A stretch of 63,349 nucleotides of DNA, counting the filler, from Octopus bimaculoides (taxonomy: Eukaryota), in assembly GCF_001194135.2 (NCBI RefSeq). It is 7 parts of 6 records of this genome, joined end to end, with 100 filler letters (N's around TTAATTAATTAA, not from the genome) between each part and the next. Parts side by side here need not be neighbours in the genome. Positions count along the whole stretch, not along the records: positions 10,902 to 23,004 come from NC_068998.1; positions 23,105 to 37,491 come from NC_068986.1; 5 more parts are not named here. The stretch is one strand, 5' to 3'. The notes beneath the pieces were generated by a model that was not told where the DNA came from, searched no databases, and saw nothing but the letters and a program-made list of their open reading frames with translations. Of the stretch, positions 13,473-27,448 are shown in pieces; position 1 is the stretch's first letter; each line of letters begins with the position of its first letter. The position numbers were made by a program, and so were the translations under genes.

Positions 13473-15545
13473 NNNNNNNNNNNNNNNNNNNNNNNNNNNN
13501 NNNNNNNNNNNNNNNNNNNNNNNNNNNNNNNNNNNNNNNNNNNNNNNNNNNNNNNNNNNNNNNNNNNNNNNNNNNNNNNNNNNNNNNNNNNNNNNNNNNN
13601 NNNNNNNNNNNNNNNNNNNNNNNNNNNNNNNNNNNNNNNNNNNNNNNNNNNNNNNNNNNNNNNNNNNNNNNNNNNNNNNNNNNNNNNNNNNNNNNNNNNN
13701 NNNNNNNNNNNNNNNNNNNNNNNNNNNNNNNNNNNNNNNNNNNNNNNNNNNNNNNNNNNNNNNNNNNNNNNNNNNNNNNNNNNNNNNNNNNNNNNNNNNN
13801 NNNNNNNNNNNNNNNNNNNNNNNNNNNNNNNNNNNNNNNNNNNNNNNNNNNNNNNNNNNNNNNNNNNNNNNNNNNNNNNNNNNNNNNNNNNNNNNNNNNN
13901 NNNNNNNNNNNNNNNNNNNNNNNNNNNNNNNNNNNNNNNNNNNNNNNNNNNNNNNNNNNNNNNNNNNNNNNNNNNNNNNNNNNNNNNNNNNNNNNNNNNN
14001 NNNNNNNNNNNNNNNNNNNNNNNNNNNNNNNNNNNNNNNNNNNNNNNNNNNNNNNNNNNNNNNNNNNNNNNNNNNNNNNNNNNNNNNNNNNNNNNNNNNN
14101 NNNNNNNNNNNNNNNNNNNNNNNNNNNNNNNNNNNNNNNNNNNNNNNNNNNNNNNNNNNNNNNNNNNNNNNNNNNNNNNNNNNNNNNNNNNNNNNNNNNN
14201 NNNNNNNNNNNNNNNNNNNNNNNNNNNNNNNNNNNNNNNNNNNNNNNNNNNNNNNNNNNNNNNNNNNNNNNNNNNNNNNNNNNNNNNNNNNNNNNNNNNN
14301 NNNNNNNNNNNNNNNNNNNNNNNNNNNNNNNNNNNNNNNNNNNNNNNNNNNNNNNNNNNNNNNNNNNNNNNNNNNNNNNNNNNNNNNNNNNNNNNNNNNN
14401 NNNNNNNNNNNNNNNNNNNNNNNNNNNNNNNNNNNNNNNNNNNNNNNNNNNNNNNNNNNNNNNNNTATATATATATATATATATATATATCCATGCATTT
14501 CTATATTTTTATTTGGTTGTTTGTTGTATATATTTATTCGATTATTTGTTTGTTGTTATTTTCTACACATTATATTTAGCTTCTTTTTATTTCGTTTTCT
14601 ATTATGTTTTTCTTTGTTTTATCATTGTTGCATTTGTTTGTTTGTTTGTTTTTGTTTTTTGTTTTTTTTCGTATTCAAAAATAATTCGCTTCTGTCCTCC
14701 TTTCATATTCTTTCATATGTTATCGCCTTTTCATTAATCTCTAATTTATTAATTTTTTTTCTTTTAATCTCTGAATATTTAAGTGTTCTTACTATTATTA
14801 TTATTGAGTATTACTAACAAGTTACTAACTAACTGCATTTAATATAAATATAGGAAAGGAACATTATCTTAATGACTCTGTAATATCATAAGATAAAATT
14901 AGACATATATATATGTGTATATATATATGCGTATGTATGTATGTATATATATATATATACATATATTTATATATATATATATGTATATGTATATGTGTGT
15001 GTGTGTGTGTGTGTGTTTGTGTGTATGTATGTATGTATGTATGTGTGTGTGTATGTATATAGATATATACATACACACATATACGTAGAATATTAAAAAC
15101 ATTATGAAAAGTGAAAATAAATGCAAGCAAATATTTTGTTTCATATTTATCTTTTGCCTCTACAATAACTGCTGCTGTTGTTTTTATTGTTGTGGTTGTT
15201 GCTGTTGTTGTTGTTATGTGGATATGAAGATCTTAAAGATTTTTAAAATATTAAACGCGAATACGTATACAGCAACCCATCTTCATATTAAATTCGAGTC
15301 TTTCCAAATGACAAATCGTTAAGTGGGGAAGCGCTAACCGATATAGCGTTAAGTGAACGATCGTGAAATGAGAGTGTAGGTTACAAAGAAATAACGGTAT
15401 AAACGGCGGTAAAGCTTTCTCTTGAAACACACAGAAGATAAGAAATATTTATAAGTACGAAATGAAGAAGGGAAGAAGCAGCATTGTTTCGTTACTCCTT
15501 ACTTGGGATTTGATTACATCAGAGGTGAGTGGCTTGGTGGTTACA

Positions 15546-15601
<56 letters not shown>

Positions 15602-16392
15602 TGAGCTTTCACGTAGTTTCCGTCGACCAAATCAGTCTTAAGGTCGGCCCTGAGATCTAGTAGATATTACTTACCCAAGGGTGCAGCGCACTGAGACCGA
15701 AGCCATATGGTTGCTCTCTTTCCAATAATATAAACCTTAGTATTCGTATATTGCTCTTATTTCAATGAAACCGAATCTCTTCAGTGCTGAGTGACGAGTA
15801 ACCAAAGACATTAGCGTCTATTCTTTATATCATATTACATGAAACTATTTAGTTTATAGAAGGATAAAAAGAGATAAGGAACATTACAAAATGAATACCA
15901 TTCGCTTGAGAGAAGTCATTGTTATTCATATTGTTCCTACTTTATGTTTTATTGAAAGAGAGAAAGGAGACAGAGTGGGGAGAGAGATTGAGGACTGTAT
16001 TCAATAAATACACACACACATACATATATATTGGTGATGGCGACAAATTGAGAGCTCGGCTTTATTTAAAAATACTTGGTTCCTCATTTAGCGAATTCAA
16101 CGATTAATGCGTTGGAGTTCGAGTGGAGATGAGATTGCTTCTGTTTACTCGTTAGGTGATGCTGTGAAGTAATCACAGTTCCCTTCGTTCAATTGAATAT
16201 ATTCACAAACTACCGACGTCTCTCCCCCTCTCACTTACCTCTCACTCTCCCCTTTCTATCTCTCTCTCTATATATATATATCTATATCTATCTCTGCATA
16301 TATACATGTGTGTGTATATGTATGCTTATACATATATATATGCACACGCATGCATATGTGCATGTGTATATATATATACATTTATTTGTACG

Positions 16393-16431
<39 letters not shown>

Positions 16432-17301
16432 ATGTGTGTGTGTATATATATGTACGTGAGTATGTATTGTATGTACGTATGTATATGTATACATGTGAAT
16501 ATATGTATACACGTGCATTTGTGATGAGGAAAATGTTTGCATACAAAAAATTTTACTGTTTGTTAAGAAACTTGACACAAATGCTTTTCGTACATTATGG
16601 CACGTGAGAAAGCAGATGAGATGGCGCGTGAGAAAGTGAAAAGCAAAGAGAAAAAAAGATTTAGAGAAACAGACAAATAGCAAAAAAGAACAAAAAAACA
16701 CAAAGAAAAAATAACATGGAGAAGAGCAAGGGAGTTAACTATGTGTTTTATTCTGATGAGCAGATAAAAAGCAATAGACAATAAAATGGTGCAATTCAGA
16801 TTTCTTTTCCATTAACACTATATGTATATACAATCAAAGACAGATTCACTTGCATACGCCGAGACTCACTTGCACATACATAGACTCCTTTACATTCACA
16901 ACACACACACACACACATATAAATCACTACTTTATATACACCGTTGTATTCCCTCTGAGCAAACGAACTTATCGCACCGGATTTAGTAACCGAAACAGGA
17001 AATTGTGTTACCATACTTTGCAGACAAATCACCTACGTAGTTGCTTTCTTTCACCGCTTTGTCCTTCGCTTCTTATTCTTTGTCTTGTCCATCCCACCCC
17101 ACCCCGCCCTACACTACCNNNNNNNNNNNNNNNNNNNNNNNNNNNNNNNNNNNNNNNNNNNNNNNNNNNNNNNNNNNNNNNNNNNNNNNNNNNNNNNNNA
17201 CAACACTGATGCTATTATACTAGTGAAAATATCGTAACCATCACACCATGGAATCATTACACTCACGCTATTATTAAATTACTTGCGGAACTAAACACCG
17301 T

Positions 17302-17349
<48 letters not shown>

Positions 17350-17553
17350 CATATATATATACATGCATACGTACAAACATATATGTATATATACATAGAG
17401 TGACAGGCATTGATAGATAATTAGATACGAATAAGGATGTTAAGATGCAAAGAAAGGATCTGTTAGATCAATAGAGTTAAAGACGAAATTTATGTAATGT
17501 GATATATGCATGTGTGCTTTTGTGTACGTCTGTGAATGCGTGTGTATGCGTGC

Positions 17554-17589
<36 letters not shown>

Positions 17590-17863
17590 ATACACACGCT
17601 TGGTCAAGTAGGGAGAACAGGAAAAACAAATAATGGAATGCAGTGTGAGTAAATCAGGTTTTCAATTGATGTTTGGAAGTAGCCGACGGGTAACGAATTG
17701 TTGAACATCGCTGCTTGTGTTCACTTCTTTTTCGCGTTTTACTCTCTCTTCTCCTCATCCTTTTTCCCCTCTTAACAGCACCAACAATAATAGTAATAAT
17801 AACGATAGCAATAAAAATGACAATAATAATAACAAGAACAACAAGAACAACCACATCAACGTC

Positions 17864-17903
<40 letters not shown>

Positions 17904-18107
17904 GTAATCCTTTCTACTATAGGCACAAAACCTGCAATTTGGGGGAGAGGAACAGTCGATTACATCGACCTCCGTACTTGACTGGTACTTAATTCATCGA
18001 CTCTGAAACGGTGGAATTGAACTCAGAACTTTAAAACGGAAAAAACGCCGCTAAGCATTTGCGTGACGTGATAACAATTCTGCAGGCTCTCACCCTTAAT
18101 AATAATG

Positions 18108-18154
<47 letters not shown>

Positions 18155-21100
18155 GAGGAGAGAGAGAAGAGAGAGACAGACAGTAAGAAACACAAACAGA
18201 CAGACAGGGACAGAGAGACACAGAGACAGAGAGAAAGGGAAACTAGGAGGCAGAGAGTAAGAAAAGACAAGGAAGAACTCTAATTATGTCGCACTGAATT
18301 GAAATAGTTTTGTGTAGCTGAAATTTTCAGTAATAAAGAAGTTCGAAAACCATATTTCGATAAAAGAAAAATGTATGAAAAGTAGAAATTTTAAGGATTT
18401 TCTAGACAGTGCTTTATTTTAATAAAACTAATTAAAAAGCAGTTTTCTCCATTATGTTTTGACCATGTTTCGTGTTCGATGGTTTATTTCTCTTTTCATC
18501 GAATGGCGAGAATATCAGAAACCCAGGAAAAGAAAATTTTTGCTGAAGGCACTCAGAACATCATCCCTTAATTTATTTAATTCAATTCATATCATTAGGG
18601 TATTGAGTTATCTCCTTCACATTAATCTCTGAGTTCCGAAAACAATGAACACCAGTACATTAATGGGTACAAGTGAACTTCTCAATACCAGGGGCTCATC
18701 TAAAACGTCTACTGTCTAAGGCAGAACATAAATCAGGATTATGTAGTAGTTGATAGATCTGCCTTACAGTTCGATACACGAGGCGCATGAACCATGTACT
18801 ATCCGGAGGTGAGTTTTCATTGGGAAAGTATTTTCCTACGTATTCTCAAAGAATTAGTGGAACATCACGAAAGAGAATAGTCGCGACTGCGCATCATAAG
18901 ATCGTGATGGTGATGGTGATGGTGATGGTGATGGTGATGTTAGCGGACGGTTAGTAGAGTGGGGTGGCACCGGTCGGTGGTGATGGCGGTGGAGGATTAT
19001 GATGGTAGTAATGGAGAATTCATGCTGCAGATCATGGTGGCGATACAGAAGATGGTTGTGGTGACGAAGGCCGCAGCGGTGGCATTGAGGCTGACGGTGG
19101 CAGTGGTGGTCGTCGTCGTCGTCGTTGTAGTCGTCGTCNNNNNNNNNNNNNNNNNNNNNNNNNNNNNNNNNNNNNNNNNNNNNNNNNNNNNNNNNNNNNN
19201 NNNNNNNNNNNNNNNNNNNNNNNNNNNNNNNNNNNNNNNNNNNNNNNNNNNNNNNNNNNNNNNNNNNNNNNNNNNNNNNNNNNNNNNNNNNNNNNNNNNN
19301 NNNNNNNNNNNNNNNNNNNNNNNNNNNNNNNNNNNNNNNNNNNNNNNNNNNNNNNNNNNNNNNNNNNNNNNNNNNNNNNNNNNNNNNNNNNNNNNNNNNN
19401 NNNNNNNNNNNNNNNNNNNNNNNNNNNNNNNNNNNNNNNNNNNNNNNNNNNNNNNNNNNNNNNNNNNGTGATGGCGGCGGTGATGAATCTTCAAGTAGGT
19501 TTATATGCCTATCCATGACACTTGGCTTCTCACATCGAGAAATATTAAAATTGAATAAAATAGAAAAATAAGAACCACGCTAAACAAAACATTCAAGAGA
19601 TCACTGCCTTAAGGAAACTAACATAGGTATGTATATGTGTGTGTGTGTGTGTGTGCGTGTGTGTACGTGTGTGTATGTGTATGTATATCTATATGTGTAT
19701 ATATATATGTGTACGTGTACATTTGTAAACGTATATGTATGCATATATATTTGTGTGAGTGTGTGTGTCTGTGTGTGTGTGTGTGGCTGGGGTGTAAATA
19801 TATGTATATCTATATGTGTGTGTGTGTGTATCTATACCTATTCGATATATATGTGTATGTGTGTGCGTATGACTATGTTCTCGTAAACAGGCATATATAT
19901 ATAGTTATATATATATGTATATATAAATATATATATATATATNNNNNNNNNNNNNNNNNNNNNNNNNNNNNNNNNNNNNNNNNNNNNNNNNNNNNNNNNN
20001 NNNNNNNNNNNNNNNNNNNNNNNNNNNNNNNNNNNNNNNNNNNNNNNNNNNNNNNNNNNNNNNNNNNNNNNNNNNNNNNNNNNNNNNNNNNNNNNNNNNN
20101 NNNNNNNNNNNNNNNNNNNNNNNNNNNNNNNNNNNNNNNNNNNNNNNNNNNNNNNNNNNNNNNNNNNNNNNNNNNNNNNNNNNNNNNNNNNNNNNNNNNN
20201 NNNNNNNNNNNNNNNNNNNNNNNNNNNNNNNNNNNNNNNNNNNNNNNNNNNNNNNNNNNNNNNNNNNNNNNNNNNNNNNNNNNNNNNNNNNNNNNNNNNN
20301 NNNNNNNNNNNNNNNNNNNNNNNNNNNNNNNNNNNNNNNNNNNNNNNNNNNNNNNNNNNNNNNNNNNNNNNNNNNNNNNNNNNNNNNNNNNNNNNNNNNN
20401 NNNNNNNNNNNNNNNNNNNNNNNNNNNNNNNNNNNNNNNNNNNNNNNNNNNNNNNNNNNNNNNNNNNNNNNNNNNNNNNNNNNNNNNNNNNNNNNNNNNN
20501 NNNNNNNNNNNNNNNNNNNNNNNNNNNNNNNNNNNNNNNNNNNNNNNNNNNNNNNNNNNNNNNNNNNNNNNNNNNNNNNNNNNNNNNNNNNNNNNNNNNN
20601 NNNNNNNNNNNNNNNNNNNNNNNNNNNNNNNNNNNNNNNNNNNNNNNNNNNNNNNNNNNNNNNNNNNNNNNNNNNNNNNNNNNNNNNNNNNNNNNNNNNN
20701 NNNNNNNNNNNNNNNNNNNNNNNNNNNNNNNNNNNNNNNNNNNNNNNNNNNNNNNNNNNNNNNNNNNNNNNNNNNNNNNNNNNNNNNNNNNNNNNNNNNN
20801 NNNNNNNNNNNNNNNNNNNNNNNNNNNNNNNNNNNNNNNNNNNNNNNNNNNNNNNNNNNNNNNNNNNNNNNNNNNNNNNNNNNNNNNNNNNNNNNNNNNN
20901 NNNNNNTATATATATATATATATATGTATATTTACATACATATATACATGTGTGTGTATTTGTTTATATGTATGATATATATATATATGAATGAATATAT
21001 ATATATGTTTACACGTTTATATATGCATGACTATATATGTATGTTTATATATATATGTGTGTGTATGTGTGCGTGTGTTTATACATGCACATATATGTGT

Positions 21101-21806
21101 ATATATATATAAATATTCATATATATGCGTGTGTATGTATATATATATATCTATATATATAATATATGTATACATATATATGCATATATATATATATTTG
21201 CGTTGTAAAGGTGTATAAATGTTAGTATGTAATGTGTATGCATGTGTATGCATGTGTATGCATGTATTCGTATTTGTGTATATGTGTGCATTTATTAATA
21301 CGCATACATACGTACATATTGGCATACATAAGGGTATATGCAAAATGTTCACGCATTCATATATATATTTATATAGTTTTGTGCGTATATGTGTATGTAT
21401 AAATGCGTTTGTTTTTATACATGTATGTGTTTGTGTGTATGTACAGTCGTACGTGTATACATGTGTGTGCTCGTGCCTATGCGTGTATGTGGGGGGCTTG
21501 TATGGGTGTCCATAGTAAACCAGAGCTTTAAATCCATATCTTGTATAATTTCAGGTAAGCATTCAAGTGGTGTATACAAAACTCGTCTCCTTGTCGTATG
21601 CATAAACACATACATACCTACACAGTCATACACACAGGTGTACGTATGCATACACACACACGTGCGCACACACTCTTATGTCAGGTGTATTTACACTTAT
21701 TTAGAAGCTAACACACGCAATGACTCTCTCACAAACACATAAACACACAAACACATGAGTATACACACGCACCTAGTTATGTTTCTTGACACTTTCAGAT
21801 ATAAAT

Positions 21807-22043
21807 GCGGTGCTCCGTCGTTTGCGACGACAAGGGTTCCAGTTGATCCGATCAACGGAACAGCCTGCTCGTGAAATTAATGTGCAAGTGGCTTAGCACT
21901 CCACAGAAACGTGTATCTTTAATGTAGTTCTCGGGAAGATTCAGCGTGACACAGAGTGTGACAAGGCTGGCCCTTTGAAATACAGGTACAACAGAAACAG
22001 GAAGAAAGAGAAAAAGAAAGTTGTGATGAAAGAGTACAGCAGG
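21807..22043 (-). mobile_element. 5'-truncated SINE family B copy
   Basis: Reverse complement of the 3' ~230 bp of the 29654 and 50979 copies. Confidence 0.75.
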
Positions 22044-22813
22044 TTTAATGGTTTACTACAAATTTAGATTATCAAATCACTAGTATCAGACACATTTCTA
22101 CACCAAGTGATAGGTGTTCTTCAACACGTAACCAAGACTTTGAACAGGACAAGAGCAATGCAATCCCCCACCCCATCCTTCTGGTGGCTGACAAAAATTC
22201 AACTGCAAACATGCAAACATACAAAACATAAGGTGTTCCTCGATCTAAATTATTATGGTAATTGGGAGGAAATACGATAACACATTATCTGCATTAAAAC
22301 ACCTTTAGTATTTGCCTAAATTCTCTGGCACAACAGTAGTGGCCGTGTGAAATATATGCATTTCTGTGGTATCATGTAGAGAGGGAGGAGGGGGAGAAGA
22401 AGAAGAAGAAGAAGAAGAAGAAGAAGAAGAAGAAGAAGAAGAAGAAGAAGAAGAAGAAGAAGAAGAAGAAGAAGAACAACAACAACAACAACAACAAGAA
22501 AAAGAAGAACAAGAAGAAGAAGAAGAGCAACAACAACAACAACAACAACAATATTGGACTCAATGATTTCACCACCCCACGGCAATGCAAGATCGTTCCT
22601 CCTCATCTCCCTCCTCTTCCTCCTGAAGCCAAAATCTTCCAAGAACTACCACGTGTAAATTCAACACTAATCATTCTGCTCATGTTCAACTGTTTAATAA
22701 TATTCATCAGCATCTTAGTAATTATCACCATCATCATCATCATCATCACCATTATTATATTCATCATCAGCATCATCATCACCATCGTTATAATCAGCTT
22801 CGACATCATCATT

Positions 22814-22845
<32 letters not shown>

Positions 22846-22962
22846 AATCATCAACATCATCATCGCCATCATGCACCTCGATCAAATGTCTTGTCATATG
22901 AGCTTGGACTCACCAACGCCTTGTGAGTGAATTTGGCAACGGAAACTGCGTGAAAGCCTGCC

Positions 22963-23004
<42 letters not shown>

Positions 23005-23103
23005 NNNNNNNNNNNNNNNNNNNNNNNNNNNNNNNNNNNNNNNNNNNNTTAATTAATTAANNNNNNNNNNNNNNNNNNNNNNNNNNNNNNNNNNNNNNNN
23101 NNN

Positions 23104-25017
23104 NGTCGGGCTGTTGGTTCATCCGGTATTGTGGAGGGGAGGATGTCCAGTTCCTTTTTGAAGACATCTATTTCCACCTTATGCAAATTTCTTAATTTTT
23201 GTGGAAGGGCATTGAAGAGCTGTGGGCCTTCGAACCCTAAATTATTTCCATACTTGGTCCTGAATTTAAACGGAGTAGATGGTACCGTTGTCATTTGTCT
23301 AACACTTGAATGTCAAAGTTAGGTACTAGCCCTTCTAGGAGTTTCCGTATGTATATTACAGCATATCTCTCACGCCTTCGCTCCAGGGAGTAAAGCTGTA
23401 GTTTTCTCAGCCCTATCTCTGTAGCTCATCCGCTGCATTGTTTCAATTTTTTCAGTGTAGTGGCGTTGGACTGCTTCAAGCTCCGCTGTTAGTTTGGCAC
23501 TATGTGGTGACCATAACTGGGAACAGAAGTCCAGGCGGCCGAGAACAAAGATTCTCCACAGGGTCAACATAGTTTCTTGGTCTCTTGTCTTGAAGGACCT
23601 CAGTATCCATCCTGCCAGTTGTCTTCACGTTGCTGCCATCTTGCTTATGTGTATATGAAATGATGCGTCATTGCACATACTGATCCCCAAGTCATCCACT
23701 GCTTGTAACTCTGGGATTGTAGTGCCTGCGGGTCCTGTGAATGTAGATTGTACTGTATTTGTGAGTTGATAGTGCAGTGCTTAAAATTTTCCAGCATTAA
23801 ACTGCATGTTGGAGGGCTATTATGAGCAGTAATGGCCCCAGAACAGGTCCTGGGGGGGGGGCACCACTTAGGATTTGAGTTTCCTCAGAAAGGGTCCCAT
23901 TGGCTGCAACTACCTGACCTCTGTTTTTAAGGAAGTCATGCAGCCTCTCACCCAGTTTACAAGCAATGCCAAGGTCTCGTGTCTTATCATGCCATGATCT
24001 ACCTTATCAAATGCCTTTGCGAAGTCAAGGTATATCACACGGAGATCTGAATGGTCAAGCAGCTGTTTCAAAACCCAGTCATAGTGTTGTAAGAGCTGTG
24101 TGAAGCAGCTTCTTCCTGGACGGAAGCCATGCTGAGTATAGTTAAGTAGGTCATTTTCTTCTACGAACATTATCAACTTCTTTCTGATTATTCACTCCAC
24201 GACTTTACTAATATGCAAAGTCAGAAAGATTGGCCGGTAGTTTTTGGCCTCTGCTCTGCTTCCATCTTTGTGGATAGGGCATATAATACTTTCTTTCAGC
24301 TTTTTAGGAGGTATACCACTTGCAAGGAAACTTTGGAAAAGTATCTGAAGTGGTTTCGTTAAAGCCTGCTTACATGACTTTAGGAGATAATAGTTGGGAA
24401 GCCATTAGGATCAGTGGTGGAGCATGAGCTCATGTCATCTATGGCCGCTGTTACATATGTTTCCTCAGTGTTGATGTAATCGATGGCTGGCGCCTCCTTT
24501 CTTAGAGTTGCAATATCAAAGAATTCAGCTGGATTTTTATCTGCATGAAGCCGAGANNNNNNNNNNGGAGACGTGAAGACACTTTTAAATTGTTCGCTGG
24601 GTCCGCCGTCAGTGAGTCATTCCCTTGGAACAATGGTCCTGTCTTATAGTGTATTGTAACTGTTTCCTTTGCGAATTTATAGAAAGCTTTCGGATTTGTA
24701 TTTATGCTTTCCACAGCCCTTTTCCCTCTATCTGCACTTTCCCTTTCGTGAGAGAGATTGATCTTGATTTCAGTTTCTAGGAGCGCCCGTGTTAAGATAG
24801 TCCTCTCTCTATCTTTCAGTTGCCTATTCAGCCGCTTTGAGGTCCTTGACCTGCGTCTCATGAGGATTTTTCTGTCCTTGGGAATCTTGTTTGACAGTGC
24901 CCACGCCTTTCTTTCTGGGATATATTTAGTGCATGTAGCTTGCACTGTTGACATAAACTGATTGAGTTTCAGATCAATATTGGATCAATGTTTTGCATAC
25001 ACAGAATGTTGGACCAT
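23104..25017 (-). mobile_element. Decayed CR1/L2-type LINE ORF2 (reverse transcriptase) fragment
   Basis: Minus-strand peptides QHGFRPGRSCFTQLL...YLDFAKAFDKVDHG, a degenerate G..QG.VLGPLL, LWRIFVLGRLDFCSQLWSPH..LEAVQR and GPQLFNALP...IPDEP. Frameshifts, stops and an internal deletion. Confidence 0.88.
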
Positions 25018-25278
25018 ATATATATGCATATATATACATATGTATATATATAGATATATACATATGCATATAAATATATATATATGTATATATATATACA
25101 TATGTATATGTATATATACATACACATATGTATATGTATATATGTATATATATATATATATACACATATGTATATGTATATATGTATATATATACACATA
25201 TGTATATGTATATATGTATATATATACACATATGTATATATACATACGTGTATATATATATGTATATATATGTATATA

Positions 25279-25375
<97 letters not shown>

Positions 25376-25400
25376 TTATGTATATATATGTATATATACT
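24980..25400. repeat. Representative compound (TA)n/(TATG)n microsatellite; dozens of similar CA, TA, TACA, GATA, AAT, CAT, GAA and GA tracts throughout
   Basis: Direct reading. Other large tracts at 3225-3515, 3909-4025, 5220-5551, 11655-12090, 22397-22880, 41630-41870, 46025-46120 and 60118-60592. Confidence 0.95.
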
Positions 25401-25559
25401 AATACATCCATTTGTTGTTTACACCACCTGTCTTCGTCTGTTGGTTTTTCGTGAATTCTCCTATATATATGTATATATATACATACACATATGCATGTAT
25501 TTATATACATATGTACATATACATATATCAAAAGAATGTGTTATAATAGTATTCCACAG

Positions 25560-26235
25560 CTCCAGTACGAACACTTCAGAGTACTTGGGTGTCGATCTGA
25601 AGACAGTGCAATCTGAAGACATGTATTGAGAGTGATAAAAATCAAACATCCAGGTGTTTGGAGAGATCACTAGTGATGGGGGCGTTATGCCTCCATTCAT
25701 CTTCCTACACGGCTTCAGACTCATAGAGGCCTACATCAAGTGCCTGGTGGAGGTAGTGCTGCACTGGGTCAAGAGGGTGGTTACTGGAAGACCATGTGCC
25801 TGGCAACAGGACTCTGCACGATACCACACAAGCAGGAACACCCAGTTATGGCTGTCAGACAATTTCTGCAACCACATCAAACCTAACATCTACCCACCTA
25901 ACTCCCCAGACTCCAACCCACTTGATTATAATGTATGGGGCGCAGTTGAGAGAGAGGCTAACAAAACTCCTTGTAACGCCATAGATAAACTGAAGACAAG
26001 GATTATGGTAGCATTCACCAACTTAAATAAGAAGATAGTCCAGAAGAGTTGCAGGAGATTCTCAAGTCGTCTGGAGGTCGTGGTTGAAGCCAATGGCGAT
26101 TTTATTGAATAAATATACTGTTTAGTATTTCAAGATATTTTTATGCAATTTTGGTAAATATATCTGTTAAAATGAGATGCCAGTGTTATTTTCATTCTTG
26201 CGTAATTTAGACGACAGTTTATTCACTGCACCCTG
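25560..26235 (+). mobile_element. Tc1/mariner superfamily DD37D (maT-type) transposase 3' remnant with right TIR
   Basis: ORF 25654-26112 contains WQQDSARYHTS...YPPNSPDSNPLDY; 37 residues counted between the second and third catalytic D. Ends ...TGCACCCTG|TA (TIR starting CAGGGTG, TA target). 5' part truncated. Confidence 0.85.
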
Positions 26236-27411
26236 TATATATATATATATGTATATATGTATATGTATATATATATGTATATATATATATATGTATGTAT
26301 GTGTGTGTGTCAGTGTCTCTGTGAATATATATATATGTGTATATATATATGTATATATACGTATATATATGTATATATGTATACATATATATATACACAC
26401 ATATATATCTATATATATATATATATATACATATATATGTATATACACATGCATATACGTACACATACCCCACACATATATATATGCATGTATGTATGTA
26501 TGCATTTATGCATGCAGGTATGTATTATATAAGTACATAAAGGCAATAAATATTCATTTGCGTATATTACAGCAAAAACTAAATACATATAAATACATTT
26601 TCCCATCTTTAGCAAACACTTGCGGATTAGCGACTACAAAAGTTGAACATCTGCTAGACTATCAAACGCCGGCGCCCTTAAATCTTAATCTGCTTTATCG
26701 TATTGTAATTCTCGGAAAATAAAAGAAAGTTAATAAATAAAGGATTCTACAAACTCGGTGTTTCGCCATTTAATAAAACATAATGTTCATTTTCCTAATA
26801 GTCACGTACAGAGAATTAATAAAGATTGAGAAAAACCTTTGCTGTCATCGAGTTAACCTTCTCTGTCGCTGAAATGGCTCATACTGTTGTCAGTGTTGAA
26901 TTTCCAGGATAGTGCATTTCAAAAGACAATGAATAAATAGCTACAGACGTGGAGGAAGAAGTTTGCTTCTCAACCACATGGTTTCGGGTTCAGTCCTACT
27001 GCGTGGCACCTTGGGCAAGTGTCTTCTTCTATAGCCTCGGGCCGACCAAAGTCTTGTGAGTGAATTCAGTAAACTGAAACTGAAAGCCCGTCGGGTGTGT
27101 GTATGTCACGTGATAGACCAGGTTATCAGATGTTGTTAGAAATCGCTGGTCACAATGCGCATTTTCATTGTTTTAGCCTTCAAATGACACCACTTCGAAA
27201 GGGGGACTGAAGCAAAGTGATCTAAATTGTTTTGCTTAAGAACACAACGCGNNNNNNNNNNNNNNNNNNNNNNNNNNNNNNNNNNNNNNNNNNNNNNNNN
27301 NNNNNNNNNNNNNNNNNNNNNNNNNNNNNNNNNNNNNNNNNNNNNNNNNNNNNNNNNNNNNNNNNNNNNNNNNNNNNNNNNNNNNNNNNNNNNNNNNNNN
27401 NNNNNNNNNNN

Positions 27412-27448
<37 letters not shown>

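Noticed and set aside
18854-19140. Poly-His/Asp/Val-type ORFs (also 22316-22930, 41601-42049)
   Set aside because: Trinucleotide microsatellites open in several frames on both strands; no splice or homology support.
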